Assembly (NCBI GenBank): GCA_036504515.1
Contig: DASXVA010000007.1
Span: 100,031-164,030 of the forward strand
Source: Rhodocyclaceae bacterium
GTDB lineage: Bacteria; Pseudomonadota; Gammaproteobacteria; Burkholderiales; Rhodocyclaceae
Direction: 5' to 3'
DNA length: 64,000 bases
In this document: positions 1 through 10,721 of the stretch, one piece after another
Numbering within the stretch: the first letter of the stretch is position 1
How the letters are laid out: every line of letters begins with the position of its first letter
Program-made: the position numbers and the translations under genes
The notes under the pieces: model-generated
The model's input: the letters and a program-made list of their open reading frames with translations, nothing else
The model's database searches: none
What the model was told of the DNA's origin: nothing

Positions 1-2
1 CC

Positions 3-2000
3 AACATCATCAAACTGCCGAACATCAGTGCCTCTGTGGCCCAACTGATCACCTGCGTCAAAGAACTGCAGGCCAAGGGTTATAAGATTCCTGACTATCC
101 TGAAAATCCGACAACTGACGAAGAGAAAGCACTGAAGACCCGCTTTGCCAAGTGTTTGGGTTCAGCTGTTAATCCAGTGTTGCGTGAAGGTAACTCCGAC
201 CGCCGTGCACCGGCTGCCGTCAAGAACTTCGCCAAAAAGCATCCTCACTCCATGGGTGAGTGGAAGCAGTGGTCGCAAACCCACGTTTCCCATATGGAAC
301 ACGGCGACTTCTACCACGGCGAAAAATCACTGACTCTGGACAAAGCACGCGATGTGCGCATGGAGCTGATCGCCAAGGGCGGCAAGACCACCGTGCTCAA
401 GCCCAAGCTTTCCCTGCTTGAAGGCGAAATCATCGACTCCATGTTCATGAGCAAGAAGGCGCTTTGCGATTTTTACGAAGCGCAACTGGAAGATTGCCGC
501 GAGTCCGGCATTCTCTTCTCCTTGCATGTCAAGGCAACGATGATGAAGGTTTCTCACCCCATCGTTTTCGGCCACTGCGTCAAGATCTACTACAAGGAAG
601 CCTTCGAGAAGCACGGCAAGTTGTTCGATGAGCTTGGTATCAATGTCAATAACGGCATGGCTACCCTCTACGAAAAGATCAAGACGCTGCCCGAATCCAA
701 GCGCGACGAAATCATCCGCGACCTGCACGCTTGCCAAGAACATCGCCCCCGTCTGGCCATGGTGGACTCCGCCAAGGGCATCACCAACTTCCATTCACCC
801 AACGACATTATTGTTGACGCCTCAATGCCAGCCATGATGCGCCAGGGTGGCAAGATGTGGGGTGCTGATGGCAAACAGTACGACAGCAAGTGCGTGATGC
901 CGGAATCGACCTTTGCCCGCATCTATCAGGAGATGATCAACTTCTGCAAGTGGCATGGCAACTTCGATCCGAAGACCATGGGTACAGTGCCCAATGTGGG
1001 CCTGATGGCCCAACAGGCCGAAGAATACGGTTCCCACGACAAGACATTCGAAATCGCCGAAGACGGCATTGCCAACATCGTCGATATCAATACCGGTGAA
1101 GTACTGCTGACCCAGAACGTTGAAGCGGGTGACATCTGGCGCGCTTGCCAGGTCAAGGATGCCCCCATCCGCGACTGGGTCAAGCTGGCCGTTACCCGTG
1201 CCCGTAACTCCGGCATGCCGGCTGTTTTCTGGCTGGATCCCTACCGTCCCCACGAAGCCGAGCTGATCAAGAAGGTCGAGAAGTACCTCAAGGACCACGA
1301 CACCAGTGGCTTGGAGATCCATGTCATGTCCCAGGTTCGCGCCATGCGTTTTACGCTGGAACGGGTTATCCGTGGCCTCGACACCATCTCCGTCACCGGC
1401 AACATCCTGCGCGACTACCTGACCGACCTGTTCCCCATTATGGAACTGGGCACTTCGGCCAAGATGCTGTCCATCGTCCCGCTGATGAACGGTGGCGGTA
1501 TGTATGAAACCGGCGCTGGCGGTTCTGCACCTAAGCACGTACAGCAGCTGACCCAGGAAAACCACCTGCGCTGGGATTCGCTCGGCGAGTTCCTGGCTTT
1601 GGCCGTGTCGCTGGAAGAACTGGGCATCAAGGAAAACAACGCCCGGGCCAAGCTGCTCGCCAAGACCCTGGATGCTGCGACCGGCAAGCTGTTGGACAAC
1701 AACAAGTCCCCTTCACCCAAAACTGGTGAATTGGATAACCGCGGTTCACAGTTCTACCTCGCCATGTTCTGGGCCCAGGCCTTGGCGGCACAGACTGAAG
1801 ACAAGGAACTCCAAGCCTACTTCGCGCCTCTGGCCAAGACCTTGACCGAGAGCGAGGCCCAGATCGTGGCCGAGTTCAAGACAGTACAAGGTAAGCCGGT
1901 GGACATTGGTGGCTACTACAAGGCCGATGCCGAGAAGGTCGAAGCGGTAATGCGTCCTAGTGCAACCTTCAATGCAGCGTTGAAGGCTTTGGCAAAGTAA
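3..2000 (+). CDS. icd: Monomeric NADP-dependent isocitrate dehydrogenase, 5' end cut by the window edge
   Basis: The reading frame is open from base 3 ([15 protein letters not shown]...). The translation is collinear over its full length with the ~740 aa monomeric IDH family ([41 protein letters not shown]). Confidence 0.9.
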   Translation, partial: NIIKLPNISASVAQLITCVKELQAKGYKIPDYPENPTTDEEKALKTRFAKCLGSAVNPVLREGNSDRRAPAAVKNFAKKHPHSMGEWKQWSQTHVSHMEHGDFYHGEKSLTLDKARDVRMELIAKGGKTTVLKPKLSLLEGEIIDSMFMSKKALCDFYEAQLEDCRESGILFSLHVKATMMKVSHPIVFGHCVKIYYKEAFEKHGKLFDELGINVNNGMATLYEKIKTLPESKRDEIIRDLHACQEHRPRLAMVDSAKGITNFHSPNDIIVDASMPAMMRQGGKMWGADGKQYDSKCVMPESTFARIYQEMINFCKWHGNFDPKTMGTVPNVGLMAQQAEEYGSHDKTFEIAEDGIANIVDINTGEVLLTQNVEAGDIWRACQVKDAPIRDWVKLAVTRARNSGMPAVFWLDPYRPHEAELIKKVEKYLKDHDTSGLEIHVMSQVRAMRFTLERVIRGLDTISVTGNILRDYLTDLFPIMELGTSAKMLSIVPLMNGGGMYETGAGGSAPKHVQQLTQENHLRWDSLGEFLALAVSLEELGIKENNARAKLLAKTLDAATGKLLDNNKSPSPKTGELDNRGSQFYLAMFWAQALAAQTEDKELQAYFAPLAKTLTESEAQIVAEFKTVQGKPVDIGGYYKADAEKVEAVMRPSATFNAALKALAK

Positions 2001-2054
2001 GTCGGAATCCGCCACTGCTGCCTTGAGGGGTAGTGGTGGTTGGCTCTGCCAAGT

Positions 2055-2094
2055 AAAAAAGACAAAGCCCGCCAAATGGCGGGCTTTGTCTTTT
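2055..2094. terminator. Bidirectional rho-independent terminator between convergent icd and cysK
   Basis: Perfect inverted repeat aaaagacaaagcccgcc / ggcgggctttgtctttt around an aaat loop, flanked by an A-run and a T-run. Confidence 0.65.
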
Positions 2095-2115
2095 GGCGGT
2101 TTGAGTGTTCCCGCT

Positions 2116-3051
2116 TTAAACGGCCAGGTGTTCGTAAAGCTTGGTGGAGAGGTAGCGTTCGCCGTAGGAAGGAATAACGACCACGATCAGCTTGCCAGCG
2201 GCTTCGGGGCGCTTGGCGACCTGCAGGGCTGCCCAGATGGCTGCACCGGAGGAAATGCCAACCAGCAGGCCTTCCTGGGTGGCGGCGGAGCGAGCCGTTT
2301 CCAGAGAGTCATCATTGGTGACGCGGACAACCTCGTCGTAGATGCCGGTGTTCAGAATGGCGGGCACAAAGCCGGCACCGATACCTTGAATCAGGTGAGG
2401 GCCTTTGGCGCCGCCGGACAACACAGGGCTGGCATCCGGCTCCACGGCGACAATCTTGACGCCGGGTTTTTTTGCCTTGAGGACTTCACCAACACCGGTA
2501 ATCGTGCCGCCAGTGCCCACGCCGGAAATCACGTAATCCACTTGGCCGTCGGTATCGCGCCAGATTTCTTCTGCGGTCGTTTGGCGGTGGACTTCAGGAT
2601 TGGCGGGATTTTCAAACTGCTGGGGAACGAAGTAGTTGGGGCCGGAGGCGGCGATTTCCTTGGCTTTGGCAATCGCACCGCCCATGCCGTCAGGGCCGGG
2701 GGTGAGCACCAATTCGGCGCCGTAGGCCTTCAACAGCAGGCGGCGTTCCTTGCTCATGCTTTCTGGCATGGTCAGGATCAACTTGTAACCCTTTGCCGCG
2801 GCCACCATGGCCAAGCCGATACCAGTATTGCCGCTGGTGGGTTCCACCAGGGTGGTGGTGGCGGGATTGATCTTTCCGGCTTTTTCGGCGGACTCAATCA
2901 TGGCCGCTGCAATACGATCTTTCACGCTGTGGCCGGGATTGAAGTATTCAAGTTTACAGACCACCTGAGCTTGAAGGCCGGCAGTCAGTCGGTTGAGGCG
3001 AACCAGCGGTGTGTTGCCGATGAGCTCGGTAACGTTATTGGCAATCTTCAT
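2116..3051 (-). CDS. cysK: Cysteine synthase A (O-acetylserine sulfhydrylase)
   Basis: [25 protein letters not shown]-lysine motif [15 protein letters not shown] and [10 protein letters not shown]. Start taken at the internal ATG 3051, which is preceded by GGAGA. Confidence 0.88.
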   Translation of the reverse strand: MKIANNVTELIGNTPLVRLNRLTAGLQAQVVCKLEYFNPGHSVKDRIAAAMIESAEKAGKINPATTTLVEPTSGNTGIGLAMVAAAKGYKLILTMPESMSKERRLLLKAYGAELVLTPGPDGMGGAIAKAKEIAASGPNYFVPQQFENPANPEVHRQTTAEEIWRDTDGQVDYVISGVGTGGTITGVGEVLKAKKPGVKIVAVEPDASPVLSGGAKGPHLIQGIGAGFVPAILNTGIYDEVVRVTNDDSLETARSAATQEGLLVGISSGAAIWAALQVAKRPEAAGKLIVVVIPSYGERYLSTKLYEHLAV

Positions 3052-3159
3052 ATAAGTCTCCGAAAAAAGGGGCGGGAATGACCGTGTCAATGTAATGGAG
3101 TTGGGGGCGGTCTCAAAGACAGCTTTTCCATAAGAAGATAACTAAATGTGATTTGCAGA

Positions 3160-4695
3160 TCATGCGGCCTTGCGAGTGAAGTCTTTCAAGCGGAAGCCGA
3201 ACGCCCAGAGGCTGCCCAGATAAGTTGCTCCTCCTCCTGCCACCAGAAGGGAAAGGTGGCCGATGCGGGTCAGACTGTTCCAGTGAAACCAGTCGGCCTC
3301 CTGACCCATTCCCCAACCCAGGAGCAAGCCCATCAGCGCCATGGCGGCCAGCAGTTTGCCGGTAAAGGCTAACCAACCAGGGGCCGGGTGATAAATACCC
3401 CGTTGGCGCAGGCCACGATAGAGCAGGGCGGCATTGATGCAGGAGGCCAAGCCTGTGGAAAGGGCCAGGCCAGCATGATGCAACCAGCCAATGAAGGTCA
3501 AATTCATCAATTGAGTCAGTGTCAGTGTCAGCAGGGCAATCTTGACCGGGGTACGGATGTCCTGTCGGGCGTAGAAGGCGGGAGCCAGTATCTTGACCAG
3601 AATGAGTCCCGACAAACCGACGGTGTAGGCCACCAGTGCTTCCCGGGTGCGCAGTACGTCGGCAACGGTAAAGGCACCGTGCTGGAACAGAGTTGATAGC
3701 AGGGGGACGGCGAGGATGGCCAGGGCCAGGGCTGCGGGCAGGGTTAACAGCAGCGTCAGGCGCAGCCCCCAGTCGAGCAAGGCCGAGAACTCTTCCTTTT
3801 GCCCTGCAGCATGGGTTTTGGACAGGCTGGGCAAAAGAATGGTGCCTAGGGCGGCCCCCAGCAAACCAGCGGGGAATTCCATCAGGCGATCGGCGTAATA
3901 CAGCCAGGAGACGCTGCCGCTCTCCAGGAACGACGCGAAGATCGTATTGATCAGCAAGGAAATCTGGGAAACGGACACGCCGATCACGGCTGGGGCCATT
4001 AGTTTGAGAATACGGCGAACCCCTTCATCCTTCAGGGAAAAACTGAAACGAGGCAGCATGCCGATCTTGGCCAGGGCTGGGATCTGGATGCCTAGTTGTA
4101 GAAGTCCCCCCAGAAATACGGTCCAGGCCAGGGCTAGTACTGGCGGATTGAAGTGATCTGCCAGCAGCCAGGCGCCGCCAATCATGGAGATATTAAGGAG
4201 CACCGGCGTAAAAGCCGGTAGCGCAAAACGGCTCCAGGTATTAAGAATCCCCGCGGCCATGGCCACCATGGACATGCAGAGGATGTAAGGAAAGGTGATT
4301 CGGGTCAGGGTCACCGTTAGGGCAAACTTTTCCGGGTCTCCCGAAAAACCGGGGGCGGAGACATAAATGATCAGGGGCGTGGCAATCATGCCGATCAATG
4401 TGATGATCAGCACGGCCAGAAACAGGGCGGTGGTGACGTGATCGACCAAGCGCTTGGTTTCGGTTTCCCCTTTCCGGTTGCGGTACTCCGCCAGAATGGG
4501 GACAAAGGCTTGGGAGAAGGCCCCCTCGGCAAACATCCGCCGTAGCAGGTTGGGTAGGCGGAAGGCCACAAAGAAGGCATCGGTAGCCATCCCCGCGCCG
4601 AACACCCGGGCAATGATGAAATCCCGGACAAACCCGAGAATGCGGGACAATAGGGTCATACCGCTGACCGTGGCGAGAGCTTTGAGAAGATTCAT
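3160..4695 (-). CDS. murJ: Lipid II flippase MurJ (MviN)
   Basis: [26 protein letters not shown]-terminus. Polytopic membrane protein of about 510 aa, typical of the MurJ/MOP family. Confidence 0.88.
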   Translation of the reverse strand: MNLLKALATVSGMTLLSRILGFVRDFIIARVFGAGMATDAFFVAFRLPNLLRRMFAEGAFSQAFVPILAEYRNRKGETETKRLVDHVTTALFLAVLIITLIGMIATPLIIYVSAPGFSGDPEKFALTVTLTRITFPYILCMSMVAMAAGILNTWSRFALPAFTPVLLNISMIGGAWLLADHFNPPVLALAWTVFLGGLLQLGIQIPALAKIGMLPRFSFSLKDEGVRRILKLMAPAVIGVSVSQISLLINTIFASFLESGSVSWLYYADRLMEFPAGLLGAALGTILLPSLSKTHAAGQKEEFSALLDWGLRLTLLLTLPAALALAILAVPLLSTLFQHGAFTVADVLRTREALVAYTVGLSGLILVKILAPAFYARQDIRTPVKIALLTLTLTQLMNLTFIGWLHHAGLALSTGLASCINAALLYRGLRQRGIYHPAPGWLAFTGKLLAAMALMGLLLGWGMGQEADWFHWNSLTRIGHLSLLVAGGGATYLGSLWAFGFRLKDFTRKAA

Positions 4696-4801
4696 GGGCG
4701 GCAATCTTAGGCTAAGTCACCATGAAACAGGTCTTGCAAAAGCAAAAGAAAGCCCCTATACTCGCGCGCTTTTCCCGACTCCTGTAACACGGACAACAGA
4801 C

Positions 4802-5062
4802 ATGGCCAATACCGCCCAAGCCCGCAAACGTGCCCGTCAGGCCGTTAAACAGCGCGCCCACAATGTGAGCCTCCGCTCCGCCCTGCGCACTGCCATCAAG
4901 AAGGTGCGCAAAGCGATTGACGCTGGTGACAAGACCGCTGCTCAAGCAGTGTTCAAGGATTCCCAGAGCACTATCGACTCTATCGCCGACAAGAAGATCG
5001 CTCACAAGAACACCGTGGCTCGTTACAAGAGCCGCCTGTCCGCCGCCATCAAGGCTCTGTAA
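4802..5062 (+). CDS. rpsT: 30S ribosomal protein S20
   Basis: [21 protein letters not shown]... An 86 aa basic protein, divergent from murJ as in many proteobacteria. Confidence 0.93.
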   Translation: MANTAQARKRARQAVKQRAHNVSLRSALRTAIKKVRKAIDAGDKTAAQAVFKDSQSTIDSIADKKIAHKNTVARYKSRLSAAIKAL

Positions 5063-5113
5063 TTCCTTGATTTGACAGCTTGCCTTCCGGCAGGTTGTTG
5101 GCAGTGACATGAT

Positions 5114-5155
5114 AAAAACCCCGCTTTCCTTGGAAAGACGGGGTTTTTGTTTTTC
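5114..5155 (+). terminator. Rho-independent terminator after rpsT
   Basis: aaaaccccg...cggggttttt hairpin followed by a T-rich tract. Confidence 0.6.
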
Positions 5156-5213
5156 CTATCTAGTTTTGCTGAGCGGTTGCAATTCGACGGCTGCTGATGA
5201 CTGATCTGGATTT

Positions 5214-5864
5214 ATGGCCCGCCTTATTCTGCTCAACAAACCTTACGGCGTTCTCACCCAGTTCACGGATGGAGAAGGTCGGCCTACCCTCAAGGATTAC
5301 GTCCCCATTCCGGGGGTTTATCCCTGTGGCCGCCTTGATTCTGATAGCGAGGGCCTCGTCGTGCTCACTGACGACGGTGCCCTGCAAGCTCGCATTGCCG
5401 ATCCTCGTCACAAGCTGGCCAAGGTGTATTGGGCTCAGGTTGAAAAAATTCCTGATGCCGATGCACTACGGCAATTGAGTGGTGGTCTCGACCTGGGAGA
5501 TTTCATTACGCGTCCCTGCCAGACGAAGCTGATGAATGAACCGGAAAATCTTTGGCACCGGGAGCCGCCCATCCGTTATCGCGCCGCCATACCGACTGGC
5601 TGGGTTGAGCTTACGCTTAAGGAAGGCAAGAACCGTCAAGTTCGCCGCATGACGGCAAAGGTTGGTTATCCCACTTTGCGTCTCATTCGCTGGTCCGTGG
5701 GTGACTGGACCTTGGAAGGGTTGCAGCCCGGAGAGTGGCGCGAATTGACGGTGGAAAGTCCTGCGCCGAAAAATACAAAGCCAGCAGGTCAACCTTCTTC
5801 CCGACGTAACGTTAGTGGACATGACACACGGCGAATACGCACCGGTGCCAAATTCAAAACTTGA
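5214..5864 (+). CDS. rluE: RsuA/RluE-family 23S rRNA pseudouridine synthase
   Basis: LILLNKPYGVLTQF, catalytic GRLDSDSEGL motif and KNRQVRRM motif. Confidence 0.75.
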   Translation: MARLILLNKPYGVLTQFTDGEGRPTLKDYVPIPGVYPCGRLDSDSEGLVVLTDDGALQARIADPRHKLAKVYWAQVEKIPDADALRQLSGGLDLGDFITRPCQTKLMNEPENLWHREPPIRYRAAIPTGWVELTLKEGKNRQVRRMTAKVGYPTLRLIRWSVGDWTLEGLQPGEWRELTVESPAPKNTKPAGQPSSRRNVSGHDTRRIRTGAKFKT

Positions 5865-5882
5865 TTTGAAAGGGTTCACGAA

Positions 5883-6095
5883 ATGTCCAAGCTGATGTCT
5901 CTTCTGGTTGCCGGTCTGTTTGCTGCCACTACTGCTATTGCTGCCGATGCTCCCAAGGCTGCCGAAGCTGCTCCTGCTGCTGCTCCCGCCGCTACGGCGC
6001 CCGCTGCTGCTGAAAAGCCAGCCAAGAAGGCTAAGAAAGTAAAGAAGGCCAAGAAGGCTGAAGCCGCTCCTGCTGAAGCTGCCCCCGCCAAGTAA
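5883..6095 (+). CDS. Small secreted Ala/Pro/Lys-rich low-complexity protein
   Basis: Signal peptide MSKLMSLLVAGLFAATTAIAADA followed by a PAAA/KKAKK low-complexity tail. Its own terminator lies downstream. Confidence 0.5.
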   Translation: MSKLMSLLVAGLFAATTAIAADAPKAAEAAPAAAPAATAPAAAEKPAKKAKKVKKAKKAEAAPAEAAPAK

Positions 6096-6116
6096 TCGGG
6101 CGATTCAAGGCAATGC

Positions 6117-6147
6117 AAAGGGCTGGGTAACCAGCCCTTTTTCGTTT
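6117..6147 (+). terminator. Rho-independent terminator
   Basis: aaagggctgg gtaa ccagcccttt hairpin followed by ttcgtttt. Confidence 0.55.
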
Positions 6148-6206
6148 TGGCTGATCCAACCCACCACAAGGGTGGGAAAATGCCCCGTCTTGTTTCGGAG
6201 CTTCCT

Positions 6207-6647
6207 ATGTTTAAAAAGCTGTCGATTGCAGCCATTCTGTCGAGTGCTGCCATCCTGGGCCATGCCCAGTCTTTTCCCCTGATGGAACTCAACCTGGGCA
6301 TCCATCGCATCGAAACTGAAGTCGCCGCCACTCAAGACACCCGCATGCAGGGACTCATGTTCCGGCAGACCATGGCCGACAACCACGGCATGCTCTTTGT
6401 CTTCCCCGATGCCCAGCGTCATTGCATGTGGATGCGCAACACTTTGCTTCCCCTGTCTGTCGCCTTTCTCGACGAAAAAGGGCAGATCATCAATGTGGAA
6501 GACATGCAACCAAAAACAGAAAACAATCATTGCGCAGCCAAGCCCGCTCGTTTCGCTCTTGAAATGAACCTGGGCTGGTTCAAGCGCAAAGGCTTCGGTG
6601 CCGGCGCTCCACTATCCGGCATTGAACGCGCCCCCGCCCCCCAGTAA
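6207..6647 (+). CDS. DUF192 (COG1430) family periplasmic protein
   Basis: Signal peptide MFKKLSIAAILSSAAILGHA, then the DUF192-like core GLMFR...GMLFVFP...MWMRNTLLPLSVAFLD. Confidence 0.72.
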   Translation: MFKKLSIAAILSSAAILGHAQSFPLMELNLGIHRIETEVAATQDTRMQGLMFRQTMADNHGMLFVFPDAQRHCMWMRNTLLPLSVAFLDEKGQIINVEDMQPKTENNHCAAKPARFALEMNLGWFKRKGFGAGAPLSGIERAPAPQ

Positions 6648-6660
6648 GGAACAGAACCCC

Positions 6661-7641
6661 ATGCGTTACATTGATCACGGCACCGGCGGTGAGCCCCAGA
6701 CCATGAAGCTCGCCCAGGGCGATGTGCCCGAGGCCAAGGCAGGTGAAATTCTGATTGAAGTTCATTACGCCGGCATCAACCGCCCCGACGTGATCCAGCG
6801 CCAGGGCAAGTACCCGCCTCCTGTTGGCGCATCTCCCGTCCTCGGTCTTGAAGTGGCTGGCCGTGTAGCTGCTTTGGGTGAAGGCGTCAGCGAATGGCAG
6901 GTGGGCGATCTGGTCACCGCCCTGACACCCGGTGGTGGCTATGCCGAGTACTGCACAGCGCCAGCCAGTAATGCGCTACCCATTCCCGAGGGGCTAACGG
7001 TTGCCGAAGCGGCGGCGCTGCCGGAAAACTGGTTCACTGTCTGGTCCAATTTACGCGATATGTGCCAACTCAAGGCAGGCGAACGTCTGCTGGTGCATGG
7101 CGGCTCCGGCGGCATCGGCCTTGCTGCCATTCAGCTTGGCAAACTCACGGGCTGCGAAGTGTTCACCACCGTCGGCAATGATGAAAAAGCCTCGGCTTGC
7201 CGCGCCATTGGTGCTGACCATGTCATCAACTACAAACTGGCCGACTTCAAGGATGTGGTGCGTAGCCTGACCAAAGATCAGGGCGTGGATGTGGTGCTCG
7301 ACATGGTGGGCGCACCCTATGTGCAGAAGAATCTGAGCGTGCTGCGCAAAGATGGCCGCCTGTCCATCATCGCCTTCCTGGAAGGTAGCAAGGGCGAAGT
7401 CGACTTGATGCCCGTCATGCTCAAGCGCTTGACGGTGACCGGCTCCACCCTCCGTCCCCGCAGCGTTGCCGAGAAAACGTTGATTCGGGATGCCCTGCGC
7501 ACCCATGTCTGGCCAGCCGTGGCTGCGGGCAAGGTCAAGACCCGCATCCATGCGGTTTTCCCCCTGGCCGAAGCGGACAAAGCCCACGAGCTGATGGAGT
7601 CCAGCAAGCACATCGGCAAGATTCTGCTGCAGGTGAAGTAA
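6661..7641 (+). CDS. NAD(P)H:quinone oxidoreductase (zinc-type alcohol dehydrogenase/MDR superfamily)
   Basis: EILIEVHYAGINRPDVIQRQGKYPPP, GERLLVHGGSGGIGLAAIQL Rossmann motif and C-terminal HIGKILL. Confidence 0.85.
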   Translation: MRYIDHGTGGEPQTMKLAQGDVPEAKAGEILIEVHYAGINRPDVIQRQGKYPPPVGASPVLGLEVAGRVAALGEGVSEWQVGDLVTALTPGGGYAEYCTAPASNALPIPEGLTVAEAAALPENWFTVWSNLRDMCQLKAGERLLVHGGSGGIGLAAIQLGKLTGCEVFTTVGNDEKASACRAIGADHVINYKLADFKDVVRSLTKDQGVDVVLDMVGAPYVQKNLSVLRKDGRLSIIAFLEGSKGEVDLMPVMLKRLTVTGSTLRPRSVAEKTLIRDALRTHVWPAVAAGKVKTRIHAVFPLAEADKAHELMESSKHIGKILLQVK

Positions 7642-7655
7642 GCGTCGTCAGTGCC

Positions 7656-8447
7656 TTAGTGACCGAGTACCCACTCGGCTATTTTCACCACCACTTCCTT
7701 TTCCAGCCCGTTGTAACCGTGATGGGCATAGGCCCCGCAGGGGTCGCCCTGACTTTCACCGCCTTGGAACGACAGCAACTGTTTTGGCGTGGCCTGGGTC
7801 AGTCGGTTCATCAATAGGGAAATGCTGCTGAAAGCACAGAGCGAGCAATCATCCTGTTCGTGATGCACAACCAGCACCGGGATGTGAATTTTGCTCAGAG
7901 CCATGGCCGGCACCGGATTGCTTTTTTTCCCGGTCAGCACTGTCGAGGTCAGGACCAGTCCGTCGGGACCGGATGGAGGCGCCAGTTGTAAGGCGCCAAA
8001 GGCCGCCGACTCTGAGCCGCGGCTGGTTCCTATCAGCCAGACCGGAATATTGCTTTGCTGTCGAGCCCAAGCAATGACGGCATGGATGTCTGCTGCATGT
8101 TCCGCTGTTTGCCGAAATATATCGAGAAACGGGGGCTGTTGCCGGTCTGATGGTGCATCCATCACGATCACCTGCAACGCCTGCTCGGCAAACAACTGCC
8201 GGGTACGAACAAGGAAATTTCCTTCGCCCCAGCCAAATTTCCCTTCAGGAGAAATCTGTAGTCCGCCATGGCCGCCGGCAAACAGAATGACCGCTGCCTT
8301 GCTTTGCGGTGGGGAGAGAACAAGTAGCCGCTGGCTCACTCCTGAGCGAGTCGGCAGGTCAACCACCTGTTCGCTTACCTCCGCATGGGCCAGGGGTAAT
8401 ACCGCCAGAAACAGAATTGCTAGCCAGTGTGTTCCAGAGGTTTGCAC
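7656..8447 (-). CDS. Secreted alpha/beta-fold hydrolase
   Basis: Signal peptide ending in LAHA, nucleophile-elbow-like GTSRGS, and a late acidic/His region (VVHHEQDD). Confidence 0.65.
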   Translation of the reverse strand: MQTSGTHWLAILFLAVLPLAHAEVSEQVVDLPTRSGVSQRLLVLSPPQSKAAVILFAGGHGGLQISPEGKFGWGEGNFLVRTRQLFAEQALQVIVMDAPSDRQQPPFLDIFRQTAEHAADIHAVIAWARQQSNIPVWLIGTSRGSESAAFGALQLAPPSGPDGLVLTSTVLTGKKSNPVPAMALSKIHIPVLVVHHEQDDCSLCAFSSISLLMNRLTQATPKQLLSFQGGESQGDPCGAYAHHGYNGLEKEVVVKIAEWVLGH

Positions 8448-8471
8448 TGGCTGTTCTCCGACTGATTTGAT

Positions 8472-9518
8472 TTAACGAGGAATGACGTTGACCAGTTTTC
8501 TGGTGATATCTGCCGCTGAGGCTTCACTGCACCCGCTGACGTTCTGACCCGCCCACAGAGGCGAAAAATCGCCGCTGCTCTGACTTTCGGCCTTGGCTCT
8601 TAGCGGCGCGATTGCTGCTGTCGCCAACGGAAAGGCCGGAGCTGTTGGGCACAGGGGGCCAATCTCTTTCATGATCCGGTTGACGATGCCCCGCGCAGGC
8701 CGGCCCGAAAAAATGTTGGTCAGGGCGGTATGGCCTGCCAGTTCGCTTTTCAGGGCAGCCCGGTGTGCCGCACTGGTACTGGCTTCCGGGCAGAGCAGAT
8801 AGGCCGTTCCCACCTGTACCCCTGCAGCGCCCAAGGCCAGAGCCGCGGCAACACCCTGGGCGTCAGCAATGCCGCCAGCGGCAATCACTGGCACCTTCAC
8901 CGCTTTCACTATCTGGGGCAGCAGGGCAAAGGTACCGACCTGGGTGGTGATGTCTTCCGAGAGAAACATGCCGCGATGACCGCCTGCTTCCAGACCCTGG
9001 GCAATGATGGCATCCACCCCTTGAGCTTCGAGCCAGCGGGCCTCGGCAACGGTAGTGGCTGACGAAATGATCTTTGAGCCCCAGCTGCGCACCCGGGCCA
9101 GCAAATCCGCAGAGGGCAGGCCAAAATGGAAACTGACCACCGGGGGCCGAAAGGCTTCCACCACGTCCGCGATTTCTGCGCTGAAAGGCGCTCGTCCCGG
9201 CCCCTTGGCGATGGCGCTGGAGTCAATGCCGAACTCTTTGTAATAGGGGGACAGGGTATTGATCCAGCCGAGTTCCCGGGCCTCATCCGGTACCGGGGGA
9301 TGGTGGCTGAAGAAATTCACATTGAAGGGGTTGTCTGTTTCGGCCTTGATGGCTGTGAGTTCGGTCCGCAGCGCCTCAAGGCTGAGCATTGCCCCGGGCA
9401 GGGAGCCGAGGCCGCCGGCATTGGAGACGGCGATGGTCAGCGCACTGCCCTGGGAACCGGCCATGGGGGCCTGAATGATAGGGAGCGCAATGCCGAACAA
9501 TTCCTGAATGGTCTTCAT
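8472..9518 (-). CDS. Nitronate monooxygenase family (NMO/2-nitropropane dioxygenase-like) flavin oxidoreductase
   Basis: LPIIQAPMAGSQGSALTIAVSNAGGLGSLPGA and IIAQGLEAGGHRG motifs. Start taken at MKTIQELF. Confidence 0.82.
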   Translation of the reverse strand: MKTIQELFGIALPIIQAPMAGSQGSALTIAVSNAGGLGSLPGAMLSLEALRTELTAIKAETDNPFNVNFFSHHPPVPDEARELGWINTLSPYYKEFGIDSSAIAKGPGRAPFSAEIADVVEAFRPPVVSFHFGLPSADLLARVRSWGSKIISSATTVAEARWLEAQGVDAIIAQGLEAGGHRGMFLSEDITTQVGTFALLPQIVKAVKVPVIAAGGIADAQGVAAALALGAAGVQVGTAYLLCPEASTSAAHRAALKSELAGHTALTNIFSGRPARGIVNRIMKEIGPLCPTAPAFPLATAAIAPLRAKAESQSSGDFSPLWAGQNVSGCSEASAADITRKLVNVIPR

Positions 9519-9603
9519 GGATTTCTCTCTAGGGTTTTGTTTTTCTGGCATGAGAGAGTGCCACAACTTTGCCCTGGCTTGCGAATGGCGGATGGTCTAC
9601 GGC

Positions 9604-10320
9604 TTACAGGCCCAGGGCAGCCATCACCGCAGCAAAATCATCCTCGACGGGCGCTTCGAGGTGCAACACTTCTCCGCTGACCGGGTGCTTGAACTGCATC
9701 TCGACGCAGGCCAGCAGCAAGCGATGGCTGTTGAACAATTGCTGGAACAGGCGATTGTGTTTGCCCTTGCCGTAGGTGGCATCGCCGATGATGGGATGGC
9801 TGATGTGTTTCAGATGGCGACGCAACTGATGGCGACGTCCGGTGACCGGCTCCAGTTCCAGCAAGGCATAGCGGCTGGTGGGGTAGCGGTCCACTTGATG
9901 GTGTAGTTCGGCGATGGATAGCCGGCGATAACGGGTCAGGGCCGGTTGCAGAACTTCAGCGTCGGCACTATTGCCGATGGTGGCTTCGTATTCGTCGCGG
10001 ATCTTTGCCAGGGGATGATTGATCTCACCTTGCTCCGGCGGATGGCCGCGCACGATGGCGAGGTAGCGTTTGCCCACATCCTTGCCCATGAAGGCCTGTC
10101 CAAGCGTGCGGGCAATCTCGGGCTTCAGAGCGAAGACGAGGATGCCCGAAGTGCCCCGGTCCAGGCGATGGATGGGATAGACCCACTGACCAATCTGATC
10201 CCGCAGCAGTTGTACGGCGAAGCGTTCTTCCTGGCGCGCCAGATTGCTGCGATGGACCAGGAGTCCCGGCGGTTTGTGGATGGCGACAATATGCTCATCC
10301 CGGTAGAGGATGGGCAGCAT
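9604..10320 (-). CDS. truC: tRNA pseudouridine synthase C
   Basis: MLPILYRDEHIVAIHKPPGLLVHRS, HRLDRGTSG catalytic motif, about 238 aa. Confidence 0.8.
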   Translation of the reverse strand: MLPILYRDEHIVAIHKPPGLLVHRSNLARQEERFAVQLLRDQIGQWVYPIHRLDRGTSGILVFALKPEIARTLGQAFMGKDVGKRYLAIVRGHPPEQGEINHPLAKIRDEYEATIGNSADAEVLQPALTRYRRLSIAELHHQVDRYPTSRYALLELEPVTGRRHQLRRHLKHISHPIIGDATYGKGKHNRLFQQLFNSHRLLLACVEMQFKHPVSGEVLHLEAPVEDDFAAVMAALGL

Positions 10321-10721
10321 CAGGCCTGGTTTGCGGCGTCGGGAAAGGTGCCCGCAAGGTAGTACCAGCGCCCCTCTTCCTGAACGAAATCGCTCAATTC
10401 ATGCAGCTTGTGGGCGCGGCCATTCAGTTTGTAGCGGGCGACGAATTCCACCTGGGTGGCCGTAGCCTTCTTGATGTCTAAGCCCATCCACTTGGGGGCA
10501 GGGGATTCGTTTAGGTCCAGGTTGGCAGGGCAGGTGCTGGGATGCCAGGTGGCCTTGAGGTAGTCCGTCAATCCAAGCACGTAGGCGCTGTAACGGGATC
10601 GCATCAGGGCTTCAGGTGTTGCGGCCGGTGTGCCGCCATGACAGGGGCCGCAGCACTGGCCGTAGGGTTTGGCGCTGCCGCAGGGGCAGGGCTCTGTGAC
10701 CTTGATGTCGCCAGCCATCAC
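10320..10721 (-). CDS. ychJ: YchJ family protein (UPF0225, SEC-C motif)
   Basis: SEC-C type metal-binding motif CPCGSAKPYGQCCGPCH at the N-terminus, 133 aa. Confidence 0.8.
   Translation of the reverse strand: MMAGDIKVTEPCPCGSAKPYGQCCGPCHGGTPAATPEALMRSRYSAYVLGLTDYLKATWHPSTCPANLDLNESPAPKWMGLDIKKATATQVEFVARYKLNGRAHKLHELSDFVQEEGRWYYLAGTFPDAANQA

Noticed and set aside
2023-3081. A 352 aa plus-strand ORF.
   Set aside because: It is antisense to cysK, whose PLP-enzyme motifs are unambiguous. The Gly/Ala-rich translation is typical of a GC-rich antisense frame. It also runs through the bidirectional terminator.
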